IMG/VR virus record: IMGVR_UViG_3300028048_000123
Span: 1 to 64,000 of that record
Reading direction: 5' to 3' (one strand)
DNA: 64,000 nucleotides
Origin: a virus
Lineage: Duplodnaviria; Caudoviricetes
The translations under genes and the position numbers were made by a program. The notes under the pieces are model-generated. The model searched no databases. It was not told where the DNA came from and was given only the letters and a program-made list of their open reading frames with translations. Below are positions 54,382 to 63,280 of the stretch, piece by piece; positions within the stretch are counted from its first letter, which is position 1; the number at the start of each line of letters is the position of its first letter.

Positions 54382-55179
54382 TTATCTTGTCTCCTTCCAA
54401 AGTTTTGTTAAGAAATTAAGCATAAAAGGCTCTTTTGAAATAGTCTTTGTAATCAATTTTTGCTTATATTCATTTGTTATTTGATAAACTGTAAAGCTTA
54501 AATCACTTTGTGTCTTCATAAACTCTTTAAAAGCTAATAATTCAAGCACATTAAAGAAGAAATAGAAGTCTGGCTTATCAAAATCTTCTTTATAGTTAAT
54601 AAAACCGCTTAAGCTTAAGGCATCTGCATAACCTGCTTTATCTATATTTTTAATAATTTTGTCGCATAGGTTAATAGTTTGCTCAATAATCTTTTCTGAG
54701 ATGTTCAATAGCTGACCTGGTGCCTTTACAACCTCAAATACAAGGTCATTTCTTAAAACCGTATGTGTAATAGCTATTATCTCTTCTTTTGAATATGGCT
54801 CTAAGGTCCATTTTGTGCATCTATTAAGCACTGTATCTAAAAGTCCTACAGTAGATTCCGTCAAAAGCACGATATAGCTTGCAGTTGGTGGCTCTTCAAT
54901 AAACTTTAATAACTGATTTTGTTGTCTTTCTGTGAATAAACCTAAGTCTATAATAAAAAGTCTTGGCATAGATAACTGTCTATACTCAATCAAGTCTTCG
55001 GGGTCTACCTTCTCAACAAGCTCAATAACCTCAAGCTCAAACTTTTCAGCTATCGTGTCAGCTATTAAATGCTTACCGCTACCGTCAGGACCAATAAGCA
55101 TTAAAGTCTTTGGCAGATTATCTAAAGTAAGCTGATTTATTTGGCTAACTATCTTGTTTTGTCCGATAATCTCTTTCAT
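54382..55179 (-). CDS. holB: Clamp loader delta-prime (HolB)-like subunit
   Basis: IIGQ, GPDGSGKH, QNQLLKFIEEPP, LLDTVLNRC. Confidence 0.75.
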   Translation of the reverse strand: MKEIIGQNKIVSQINQLTLDNLPKTLMLIGPDGSGKHLIADTIAEKFELEVIELVEKVDPEDLIEYRQLSMPRLFIIDLGLFTERQQNQLLKFIEEPPTASYIVLLTESTVGLLDTVLNRCTKWTLEPYSKEEIIAITHTVLRNDLVFEVVKAPGQLLNISEKIIEQTINLCDKIIKNIDKAGYADALSLSGFINYKEDFDKPDFYFFFNVLELLAFKEFMKTQSDLSFTVYQITNEYKQKLITKTISKEPFMLNFLTKLWKETR

Positions 55180-55183
55180 TTAA

Positions 55184-56203
55184 TTAATTGCCTCTGCAAA
55201 GTTTCAATAAGTAAGCTTCTACTGTTGCTTTTTGTGATAAATCATATTTGATATTTGTCTTTAGGTTAAGCAAATACTCAGCAAGCTTATTATACCATAG
55301 GCCTGCACCATCAAAACTTGTCAAGTATTGCACTTCGCTCTCCAAATATTTTGGAATAGCTGTAATATCTATGCTTTTGAATAGCACATATTTATTTAAG
55401 TCGAGCACAAATTCTAAATATGAGCCCATGAATTGCTTTATATCACCATTTTTATCTACTTCTTCAATAGTTTGTATCATTCCTTGGGCATCTGCTGACA
55501 ACAAAGTGTTAGTTAGCTTAAGCATAACTTCAAAAGCAAAGCTACCTAAGACCGCTCTTGTGTTCTCTAAGCTCAAATCGGCTGAATACGTAGCACATTG
55601 ATCAAGCATAGTGATAGCATCTCTCATACAGCCCTTAGCAACCTTGCTAATTAGGTCTATTGTGCTATCATAGTTTGTGAATCCCTCTTGCCCACAAATA
55701 TATTTTAAGTAGTTCTTAATGGAAATAGAATCAATTTTTGAAATATTATATCTCTGCATTCTGTTCAGGATAGTTTGTGGAAGCTTGTTAGGCTCTGTCG
55801 TGCAGAAAATAAAGATAGTGTATAGAGGTGGTTCTTCAATACCTTTTAAGAAAGCTTGCCAACCTGTTGAAGTGATAGCATGACATTCATCTATAATAAA
55901 AATCTTATAAATACCTGATAAACTTCTTTGATTTGCACTCTCTATAATAGCTCTTATGTTATCTACAGAGCCATTACTTGCAGCATCAATTTCAATTGGG
56001 TCACCTTCGCCATTATTTATTCTGTTTGCGAAACAACGTGCAAGTGTAGTCTTTCCACAACCTGAAGCTCCTGCAAATAAATAACAATTTTTAAAGTTTT
56101 GAAGCTCTAATTGTTTCTCTAAAACCTTACAGACAACACTTTGTCCTGCAACTTGCTCAAAAGTTCTTGGTCTATATTTTACTGCTAAACTTTGTCTATC
56201 CAT
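55184..56203 (-). CDS. dnaX: Clamp loader gamma/tau ATPase
   Basis: LAVKYRPRTFEQVAGQ, GASGCGKTT, EIDAASN, IIDECH, LKGIEEPP. Confidence 0.9.
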   Translation of the reverse strand: MDRQSLAVKYRPRTFEQVAGQSVVCKVLEKQLELQNFKNCYLFAGASGCGKTTLARCFANRINNGEGDPIEIDAASNGSVDNIRAIIESANQRSLSGIYKIFIIDECHAITSTGWQAFLKGIEEPPLYTIFIFCTTEPNKLPQTILNRMQRYNISKIDSISIKNYLKYICGQEGFTNYDSTIDLISKVAKGCMRDAITMLDQCATYSADLSLENTRAVLGSFAFEVMLKLTNTLLSADAQGMIQTIEEVDKNGDIKQFMGSYLEFVLDLNKYVLFKSIDITAIPKYLESEVQYLTSFDGAGLWYNKLAEYLLNLKTNIKYDLSQKATVEAYLLKLCRGN

Positions 56204-56218
56204 CTATTACCTCTTTTT

Positions 56219-56584
56219 TTAAAGTATTTCTATTTGTGTTAGGTCATTTGCTGGCAACCAGCCATTCCAAGCTATCATTAGGTCTTGCTTTTTGTCCATA
56301 TCATAGCCAAATGAATTTACATAAATCATTCCGCCCATTTTTTTTGTGACAAAAATCTTTAAGTACTCAAATCTTGGTGCCGTGCTATTATTCCAATTAG
56401 CTGCCAATGCTGAGTCTATATTTCCTACAATATCTTTCGCCACTTTGACTAAATAGCATCCTTGAACATCATATAAAGGCTTAGAATACTTAGGAATAAT
56501 GAAAGTATTCGTCTCAGCATTATAATTGCTAAGGTCAGCAAATGCAACTTTATCTAATTGTTTTTGTATAATAGGTCTAATCAT
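56219..56584 (-). CDS. Hypothetical protein, 121 aa
   Basis: Intact ORF with its own upstream -10 element. Confidence 0.7.
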   Translation of the reverse strand: MIRPIIQKQLDKVAFADLSNYNAETNTFIIPKYSKPLYDVQGCYLVKVAKDIVGNIDSALAANWNNSTAPRFEYLKIFVTKKMGGMIYVNSFGYDMDKKQDLMIAWNGWLPANDLTQIEIL

Positions 56585-56605
56585 ATCACTATAATAATAT
56601 ACAAT

Positions 56606-56632
56606 AAAAAGTAGGCCGTTTTAACAGCCTAC
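56606..56632 (-). terminator. Intrinsic terminator after clpP
   Basis: gtaggc/gcctac stem plus U-tract. Confidence 0.6.
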
Positions 56633-56656
56633 CCTATATTTTCTTTTAAGTTTTTA

Positions 56657-57298
56657 TTAAGCAAGCTCATCAAAGTTATCAATAATTTTATCAATAATGC
56701 CATATTCTAGAGCTTCTTCAGCTGAAATATACCAGTCAAATGGCGCTTTCTTTTTATATAGCTTTTTATCAATCTTTGTGTCAGCTAATAATTGGTCATC
56801 AGCTTTTTTGCTAACCTTATCATAGTATTCTTTTGCTTTTTCTGCTTGCTCAGCTGTGCCTGAAATTTGACAACTGCCACTATGCACTAGAACTGTTGAG
56901 CCAGGCATTGCAAAACGCTTGTGTCCTGCTGCTAAGATGTGTGCACCAGCTGATAATGCTGAAGCAAAGTTAATTGTCCATACAGGTGTCTTACTAATTT
57001 TAATAGCATTTATGATAACATTCATAACATCAACACTTCCACCTGGTGTATCTAATAAAAGCTTAATTGGCTTTCTTTCTTCGATAGCTGTATCTTTGTC
57101 CATAATATTGTAATTCATGATTTTTTTAACTATTGAAAGCGAATCATGGCCTACGCTATCATCTAACCAAATTATTCTATTCTTTTCTTCAAGCCATAGA
57201 TCTCTCAAGTCTGGGTCTGGCAGCTCTAAGTTTGGCGTAAATGTTTTGATATTTCCTAAAATATCGTCTAAGTCTTCATCTAATCTATACATTAGCAT
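56657..57298 (-). CDS. clpP: ClpP-family serine protease subunit
   Basis: IKLLLDTPGGSV, SAG (Ser), VLVH (His), FDWYISAEEALEYGIIDKI. Confidence 0.9.
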   Translation of the reverse strand: MLMYRLDEDLDDILGNIKTFTPNLELPDPDLRDLWLEEKNRIIWLDDSVGHDSLSIVKKIMNYNIMDKDTAIEERKPIKLLLDTPGGSVDVMNVIINAIKISKTPVWTINFASALSAGAHILAAGHKRFAMPGSTVLVHSGSCQISGTAEQAEKAKEYYDKVSKKADDQLLADTKIDKKLYKKKAPFDWYISAEEALEYGIIDKIIDNFDELA

Positions 57299-57320
57299 TC
57301 TCCTTTACTTTGTCTATAAT

Positions 57321-57329
57321 ATTATACAA
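57321..57329 (-). promoter_or_regulatory. Sigma70-like -10 element before clpP
   Basis: TTGTATAAT. Confidence 0.55.
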
Positions 57330-57338
57330 TATTATTTT

Positions 57339-58415
57339 CTAATTGTTGTTTTTTGTTTCTAAATAATTAAGAGTTTTACCTTCTATTACTCTTCTATGCT
57401 TTAATATTTCAAAAATTATTCCACGTGATAGGTCAAGTCTTACATCCATACTGGCTTCTTTTATAGTGCTATAAATAATATTTTGCTCTATTCAAACTAC
57501 TTTTTTTCCGCTATTTATACCACGTTTTTTTGCTGCCATGCTCATTTTCTTTTTACTTTCCTCAGAAAAGTGCTTTCCAGTGTTTCATGGCTGATGCCCA
57601 GTTTTTCATTGGCCAGAATTATCGATAGAACATTTTTTTACTATTTCTGAACTTTCTTTTGTAAGGCCTTTATTTCAAGGGGTTCTTCCAAGATGAGCAA
57701 GTCTATTTTTTTCACGTGAAGCAGCTGATGGGTAATGTTTAGCTATACAATTTTTTGGCAATCTACCCAGCTTTCAACCCTGCTCTATATAGCTAGCTAA
57801 TTCATTAGGCATAACCATTTTTTCAAGCATTCCATTATTAATTGTTTTTCTGCCTTTTATTTTATCCTTATTTGCTAACAGTAATTTTAATTTCTGCTCA
57901 TCTGTCATAGGCAATTTCCCTATTTTTCAGTCTGGATTTTTAGCTAAAAAATCTTGCAAATTTTTACCACTGACATATCGCTGACTTACTGCATTATTAA
58001 CTCACTTTCCATCTCTAAGACGTATAGAGTCATTCTGTTTATCTAATATATATAAGTCATTTAAGTTGCTTACTATTGATAATACTTCTGTTTCTGTTAA
58101 ACTATTATCTGCAATTAATCTATTGCTTAGATAAGTAAGTGCTCGAAGCATACAATTATTAAATCACCCCTTGCTGCATTTATATAAATAATAGTGAGCT
58201 AAAACATGGTCTTTATAAGTTAAGCACACTAGATTAGACTTAGAACTATCTACCTTAATATTATTGTGCTTAAAATATGCCCTTGGTATAATATGATGTT
58301 TTTGAGTTTCAAATTTGGTATATTGCTTATTATAAGTGCTAACTAAATAAATATACTTATCTAAGTATTCATTATCAATAAAAATAGCTAAATCAAGTAA
58401 TTTTTGTTTTTCCAT
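57339..58415 (-). CDS. HNH homing endonuclease with NUMOD3-type repeats, 358 aa; 8 TGA-Trp
   Basis: HHIIPR...NLV.L...H..AH; G-W-KLGR, P-W-NKG, K-W-VNN at TGA positions; TAG 57339. Confidence 0.85.
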
Positions 58416-58434
58416 AAAAATAACCTCTTATACT

Positions 58435-58444
58435 TAATTTAGCT
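58435..58444 (-). promoter_or_regulatory. Candidate late promoter (HNH 57339..58415)
   Basis: AGCTAAATTA 20 nt before the ATG. Confidence 0.65.
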
Positions 58445-58483
58445 TACTTTTTAACCATCTTTTTAAATAAAGTTGTTCCTGTA

Positions 58484-58867
58484 TTAATTGTCTTCATTTT
58501 TGGTATTCATATAGTCTATAAAATCAATCATTAAATTTTCATCGATAATATAATACATTTTTTGATTTGGACCAAAATTAAATGCTACAATACCATAAGG
58601 CAAACCACGAAATACAGCTTCCCTAGTATTTTTTTCAAACCATTCTTTTTGGATAGAGATAGATTTAGAATCAGTCATTTTAGTTTTGCATTCAACTAAA
58701 AATTTTCCAGCTACTACATCTCCAGGTGCCCACATAGTTGCCCCACTGTTTGGCTGTCTTTGGCCACTAACAGCTTTTGCCACAGATTTTTCTTGTTGTG
58801 ACGAGAAAAATCTTGTTGGCTTTGGCTTGTCTGTATCTTTTATGCGTTCTCTTAAACCAAAGGCCAT
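58484..58867 (-). CDS. PD-(D/E)XK Holliday-junction resolvase-like nuclease
   Basis: QQEKSVAK...SGA...GDV...LVECKTK. Confidence 0.65.
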   Translation of the reverse strand: MAFGLRERIKDTDKPKPTRFFSSQQEKSVAKAVSGQRQPNSGATMWAPGDVVAGKFLVECKTKMTDSKSISIQKEWFEKNTREAVFRGLPYGIVAFNFGPNQKMYYIIDENLMIDFIDYMNTKNEDN

Positions 58868-60036
58868 TAAGATACAAACTCCTTATCTGGAAGTCTATCA
58901 GCTGCTGTTGCTTCTTCTTGTGCATCAATTTCTGCTGAAGCTCTTGCATCTAACAATGAGCCATAATTTGCATCTGAAGCACTAATATACTTAGTAAGCA
59001 TATCCATGTAGCTTTTTTGGAAAGAAATATTTGTCTTAATATAATCAATTAAATCTGCTTTCTTACCCTGTAAAGCTTTACCATTAGTATCTATATAGAT
59101 TTCGCCTGTTTCTAAGTTTACCAATTGATAAGTTATATTATTTAGTCTTTTGATAAAATCAAAACCAACAGCTATTTCAAGTAAATCATTTAGCCAATCT
59201 AAACCTGTTGCATATCTATAGGTAATGAAACCACCACCTCTATTGCAAGGAGCTGTTTTATTCTTCATAATCTTAAATTGAAGTCTAAAACCATCAGCAC
59301 CTTCACCATTTGCAGCACCACAAGCATCCATGTCATCGCCCTTAGTAAACTTTCTTGTACCAAATCTTACTGAAACTGATGAATAGAAACCTGGCGCACC
59401 ACCACAAGGTTCTTTCCACTTTTGAGCACCTGTAAATGTCTTGCCATCGTCTCTAACTTGGTTAATCATAATAAATATATTGTTTTTCTTTGAGCACAAA
59501 TCAGCCATTTCTGCACAGAATGGATATAATCTTTTAGCCATTGTGCCACGCATACCAGCATCTTTTGTTAGGTCTTCTTTCAAAACTGCCTCTGGAATTA
59601 AGGCTGGAAGTGAATCTAAGACTATCATACCAACATCATCTGACTTTTCAAGCTCAATAATAGCATCACAGATTTGTTCGCCTGATAAACCATTTGGGCT
59701 AAAATAGAAAAGCTTTGATAAATCAATACCATTCATAGCTGCTTGGAACTTTAAGTCTAATGAGTGTTCTACATCAACATATACACAAGTTTGATCTGGA
59801 TGCTTTCTTTGATAAGCTGCTAATTCACAACATGCACCTGTTGTTTTACCAGAGTGTGGAAGACCTGAATAAACACAAAGTCTACCTTCTGGCAAGCCAC
59901 CAAATAGTACATAGTCCATACCAAAAGCACCAGAAGCTAATCTTTCATAACTTGGTAAAATGTTGCTTTTAATAATTAAATTGTCATCTTTGTACTGCTT
60001 ATTAAGCGTCTTAACTGTATCTAAAATACTAGCCAT
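58867..60036 (-). CDS. recA: RecA/UvsX recombinase
   Basis: GLPHSGKTT, VDVEH, IVLDSL, FIMINQVR, KNKTAP. Confidence 0.9.
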   Translation of the reverse strand: MASILDTVKTLNKQYKDDNLIIKSNILPSYERLASGAFGMDYVLFGGLPEGRLCVYSGLPHSGKTTGACCELAAYQRKHPDQTCVYVDVEHSLDLKFQAAMNGIDLSKLFYFSPNGLSGEQICDAIIELEKSDDVGMIVLDSLPALIPEAVLKEDLTKDAGMRGTMAKRLYPFCAEMADLCSKKNNIFIMINQVRDDGKTFTGAQKWKEPCGGAPGFYSSVSVRFGTRKFTKGDDMDACGAANGEGADGFRLQFKIMKNKTAPCNRGGGFITYRYATGLDWLNDLLEIAVGFDFIKRLNNITYQLVNLETGEIYIDTNGKALQGKKADLIDYIKTNISFQKSYMDMLTKYISASDANYGSLLDARASAEIDAQEEATAADRLPDKEFVS

Positions 60037-60046
60037 TTATATCTCC

Positions 60047-60565
60047 TTAATTAAATGTATTTACTGTTGGTGGTATTTCTGCATTTGAGCCAAGGTTCAT
60101 GAATTTTGACTCTTGCATGCGAGACATTAAAATAGACTTTAATGAATCTACCATTCTATATAAGCTATCAAGCTTTGTCTTTAATAGGCTTGCTATTAAA
60201 TTATATAAGGCACTTGTTGCTATTTCTGGCGCATTAGCTACTAAAGCTAGCTTATCCTTCACTGCTGCTGCACCGTCAAAGCTATTGAAGCTGATAGCAA
60301 ATTGTTCTTTTTGTAAAGCTTCAGCAATTTCAGCCTTCATTGCTGATTTTTCTTTTACTTCCGCTAATTGATAAGCTGCTAATTGTAAAGCTAAAATATT
60401 ATCTCTAATCTGTTCAATAGTCAAAGTATAAGCATTAGCATTAATATTCTCAATAAGCTCATTTGCATGCTTTACTATTGGGCCAATAATATCATTAGCT
60501 ATTTCTACAAGCTCACCATAAGTTGTTTCAACTTTTTCTAAAGCATTTTGTAATTTGTCATTCAT
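60047..60565 (-). CDS. Hypothetical helical protein, 172 aa
   Basis: Intact coupled ORF. Confidence 0.7.
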   Translation of the reverse strand: MNDKLQNALEKVETTYGELVEIANDIIGPIVKHANELIENINANAYTLTIEQIRDNILALQLAAYQLAEVKEKSAMKAEIAEALQKEQFAISFNSFDGAAAVKDKLALVANAPEIATSALYNLIASLLKTKLDSLYRMVDSLKSILMSRMQESKFMNLGSNAEIPPTVNTFN

Positions 60566-61044
60566 TATTTATCCTCCATAATACTTGGAATAACTGTATA
60601 ATCTGAATCCATAAATGTTCTTTTCTTGACTGATGGGATTGCTACTATATTATACGATGTGTCTTGAAGCATTTTAATATTGATTGATTTAAAGTCTAAG
60701 TCCTTTAATCTTTTAATTTCCTCTATTCTAACTGCTATAACTTTATCATGCGAAGAAAACCAAATAATAACATAAGGATTCACACCTTCTAAGCCGCTAT
60801 AACTTAACATATCTTCATATTGTGTTAGTTTTGCAAAATTAAAAGTATTTTCCTTAGTTTCTTTGCACTCAAGCATCCACAATTGCTTATTTACATATGC
60901 TAAATAATCACAAGGATTTTGTGATGTAACCTTATAGCCTGACATTTGATCCTTCAGTCTAAATAAAAATGTATTTGGAAAACAGCTTCGCCAATTCTTG
61001 GCAAATCTATCTTCAAATTGTTTACCTAAAGTTGTTTTACTCAT
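60565..61044 (-). CDS. recU: RecU-like Holliday junction resolvase
   Basis: GKQFE, PCDY, LECKET, then QYEDML. Confidence 0.75.
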   Translation of the reverse strand: MSKTTLGKQFEDRFAKNWRSCFPNTFLFRLKDQMSGYKVTSQNPCDYLAYVNKQLWMLECKETKENTFNFAKLTQYEDMLSYSGLEGVNPYVIIWFSSHDKVIAVRIEEIKRLKDLDFKSINIKMLQDTSYNIVAIPSVKKRTFMDSDYTVIPSIMEDK

Positions 61045-62029
61045 TTATTTGTATCTTTCCTTTTGTTATTTTGTGTTTAATAAGCAATTTCTTAATAAAA
61101 GCCTCGCTACAATTATATTTTTTTGCAATATCAGCTCTTGACCAATTTTGTCTTACATAAAGCTCATATAAATAATCTGCTGTGAGTTCATTTTTAATAT
61201 TATCAAAATACTGCTTCTTTGTTATATTATGATTAGCTAAAAATATTACCATTTTATCAACAGGTATATTAAAATGGGCCGCTGTTTCGTATTTATTATG
61301 ATTTTGGTTTACAAAAAAATCGTATACGTCTTTTTCATTTATTTTTAAATAAAGCTGTTCATGCTTACATATGCCATATTTTTTATTTAATACAATTAAT
61401 TTTGCAGTACAACATCCAAAATGGCTAGCTGTTTCTGTTAGTGTATGATTTTCATTTTTATAATATTGTATAAGCTCTGCTTTACTTGGTGTATAGTAAT
61501 TTGGAATTACTATATTATATTTTTTAAGCTTTGCTCTAAAGTATGATTTACTACAGCCAAAAAAATCACAGGCTTCTTTTTTTGTATGCCCTTCAACTAT
61601 GAGATAATTATATAATCTATCATAAGTTAAGCCAAGTTCTAGCTTTTCATATAAAGCTTGCAAATCTTTATAATCAGCTTCACTGAGCTGCTTTTTCTTT
61701 AAGTCATCTCGCCCAATTCAATGAAGCATGGATCTAACTGCTTTTAGATTAGCTGCAGCCATAGTATCAATTGTATGTAAAGCTAAGAAATAATGTGCTT
61801 TAATATGGTCAGCATAATGAAGTCTAACTAAATTTGTGCTGTTATTATCTATAGCCATATTATTTTGCTTATAGTATGCCCTTGGAATAATGTGGTGCAC
61901 TTGACAACCTAGTTCTGTATTAGGCTGTGCATTATCTACTAAAAATTGTAAATAGTTTTTGCAATCAGCCTGCTCTTTAAAAATAGCTATATTGCTAAGC
62001 TCTGTCATTTTTATATGTATATTAAGCAT
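61037..62029 (-). CDS. HNH endonuclease with repeated HTH units, 330 aa; 1 TGA-Trp
   Basis: HHIIPRAYY...H..AH domain paralogous to 57339..58415; TGA 61718 joins it to 61037..61663. Confidence 0.75.
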
Positions 62030-62060
62030 ATTATAGTCTCCAATTAGTTTAGTATCTATT

Positions 62061-62070
62061 TAATTTAGCA
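62061..62070 (-). promoter_or_regulatory. Candidate late promoter (HNH-HTH gene)
   Basis: TGCTAAATTA 32 nt before the ATG. Confidence 0.65.
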
Positions 62071-62115
62071 CTAAAAATAACATTATTTATCACTTTGTAG
62101 CCACTTACTTGCCTC

Positions 62116-63249
62116 TTACTTAAGCTGTTCTGGAATTACGTTAGTAATATCACCACGCACAAGCATTACAGATCTATGATTACCACAGTTTAATGTGATA
62201 GCTTCATTCTTGCATGAGTCTAAAATAAACTTTAAGTCAGCTAAGTTAAGCTTCATTGCATAGCTTCCATCAATTATGCTACCTGTATTCGTTTTTACAT
62301 ATTCAACATTACCATTTTCATCTGTAATTACCATATCATCACCTGAGAATGTGCAAATGCCTTTAAGTTCAAATGTATTTAACTCTTTATTGCAGTTTTT
62401 ATTAAATGTAATGATACGGTTAATGGCATTAGATAGCTCTGTTGCTGAAACAATAACTCTATTTTGATAGCTGTCAGCCATAAATTGCTTAATTAAATTA
62501 ATAGGCCCTTGAATTTTTCTTAACATTACATCATCGCTATTTACAATAGCTGCCAAATAAGTTGTATCATTATAAAATACAGCTTTTGATTGCAAGAAGC
62601 CATTTGATAAAGCATCTGTACCATACATAAAATTAACATCTGTCTTGAATAGCTTAAATAATCTAACAATTCTGTCAGATAATAATAGCTTAATTGGTTT
62701 CTCTAACTTAAATGAATTAACACATGCACCAGTTGTAAAGGTAAAACAACCGTTTTCATCTAAATAATAAAGCTTTTGTAATTCATCAATTTTTGCAGGA
62801 TCAATTCCTTTTGTCTTTTGAATTTCTTTACTATTTACATTTAAAATGCTCATTAAAATATCGTTGCTAATATTCATATTAACAGTATCATTAACTAGCT
62901 TAATTACAGGTAACGTCATAAGCTTATCATTATCGTAGATTAATGGAATTTTATAACTGCTCTTACCTACTTTAATAGTTAGATCTTGTTCACTAGCTTC
63001 TACTTCAAAAGCATCAGCTGTAATACCAGTGACTAAGCCTAAAAAAGTATTTGCATTTACAACAGCTCTAAAGTTAATATCTTCTGTTAAATTATATTTA
63101 ACTGATACAAACCATTCTTTATTTGTTGCATTTAATGAAATAGCTTTATCTTTAGCTATAATCTCAACATTAGCTACATTCTTATCAGAACTAATAGCTG
63201 CTAAAATAGTATTAGCCACATCTTTAAATTCTTTTGTTTGAATAATCAT
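62116..63249 (-). CDS. dnaN: Bacterial-type beta sliding clamp (DnaN-like), 377 aa
   Basis: Three-domain length; LNATNKE, FTFTTG, ATELSNAINR and LKFILD resemble DnaN; next to the polymerase and near the clamp loader. Confidence 0.7.
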   Translation of the reverse strand: MIIQTKEFKDVANTILAAISSDKNVANVEIIAKDKAISLNATNKEWFVSVKYNLTEDINFRAVVNANTFLGLVTGITADAFEVEASEQDLTIKVGKSSYKIPLIYDNDKLMTLPVIKLVNDTVNMNISNDILMSILNVNSKEIQKTKGIDPAKIDELQKLYYLDENGCFTFTTGACVNSFKLEKPIKLLLSDRIVRLFKLFKTDVNFMYGTDALSNGFLQSKAVFYNDTTYLAAIVNSDDVMLRKIQGPINLIKQFMADSYQNRVIVSATELSNAINRIITFNKNCNKELNTFELKGICTFSGDDMVITDENGNVEYVKTNTGSIIDGSYAMKLNLADLKFILDSCKNEAITLNCGNHRSVMLVRGDITNVIPEQLK

Positions 63250-63269
63250 TGTTTATGCTCCTTCTATAT

Positions 63270-63278
63270 ATTATACAA
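63270..63278 (-). promoter_or_regulatory. Sigma70-like -10 element before the beta clamp
   Basis: TTGTATAATATA. Confidence 0.55.
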
Positions 63279-63280
63279 TA

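Noticed and set aside
290-62467. All plus-strand ORFs in the track (for example 34180..35052, 4642..5127, 21567..22124)
   Set aside because: They are antisense shadows of acidic or Lys-rich minus-strand genes: Ser/Leu/Phe-rich, with no SD and no family motifs.
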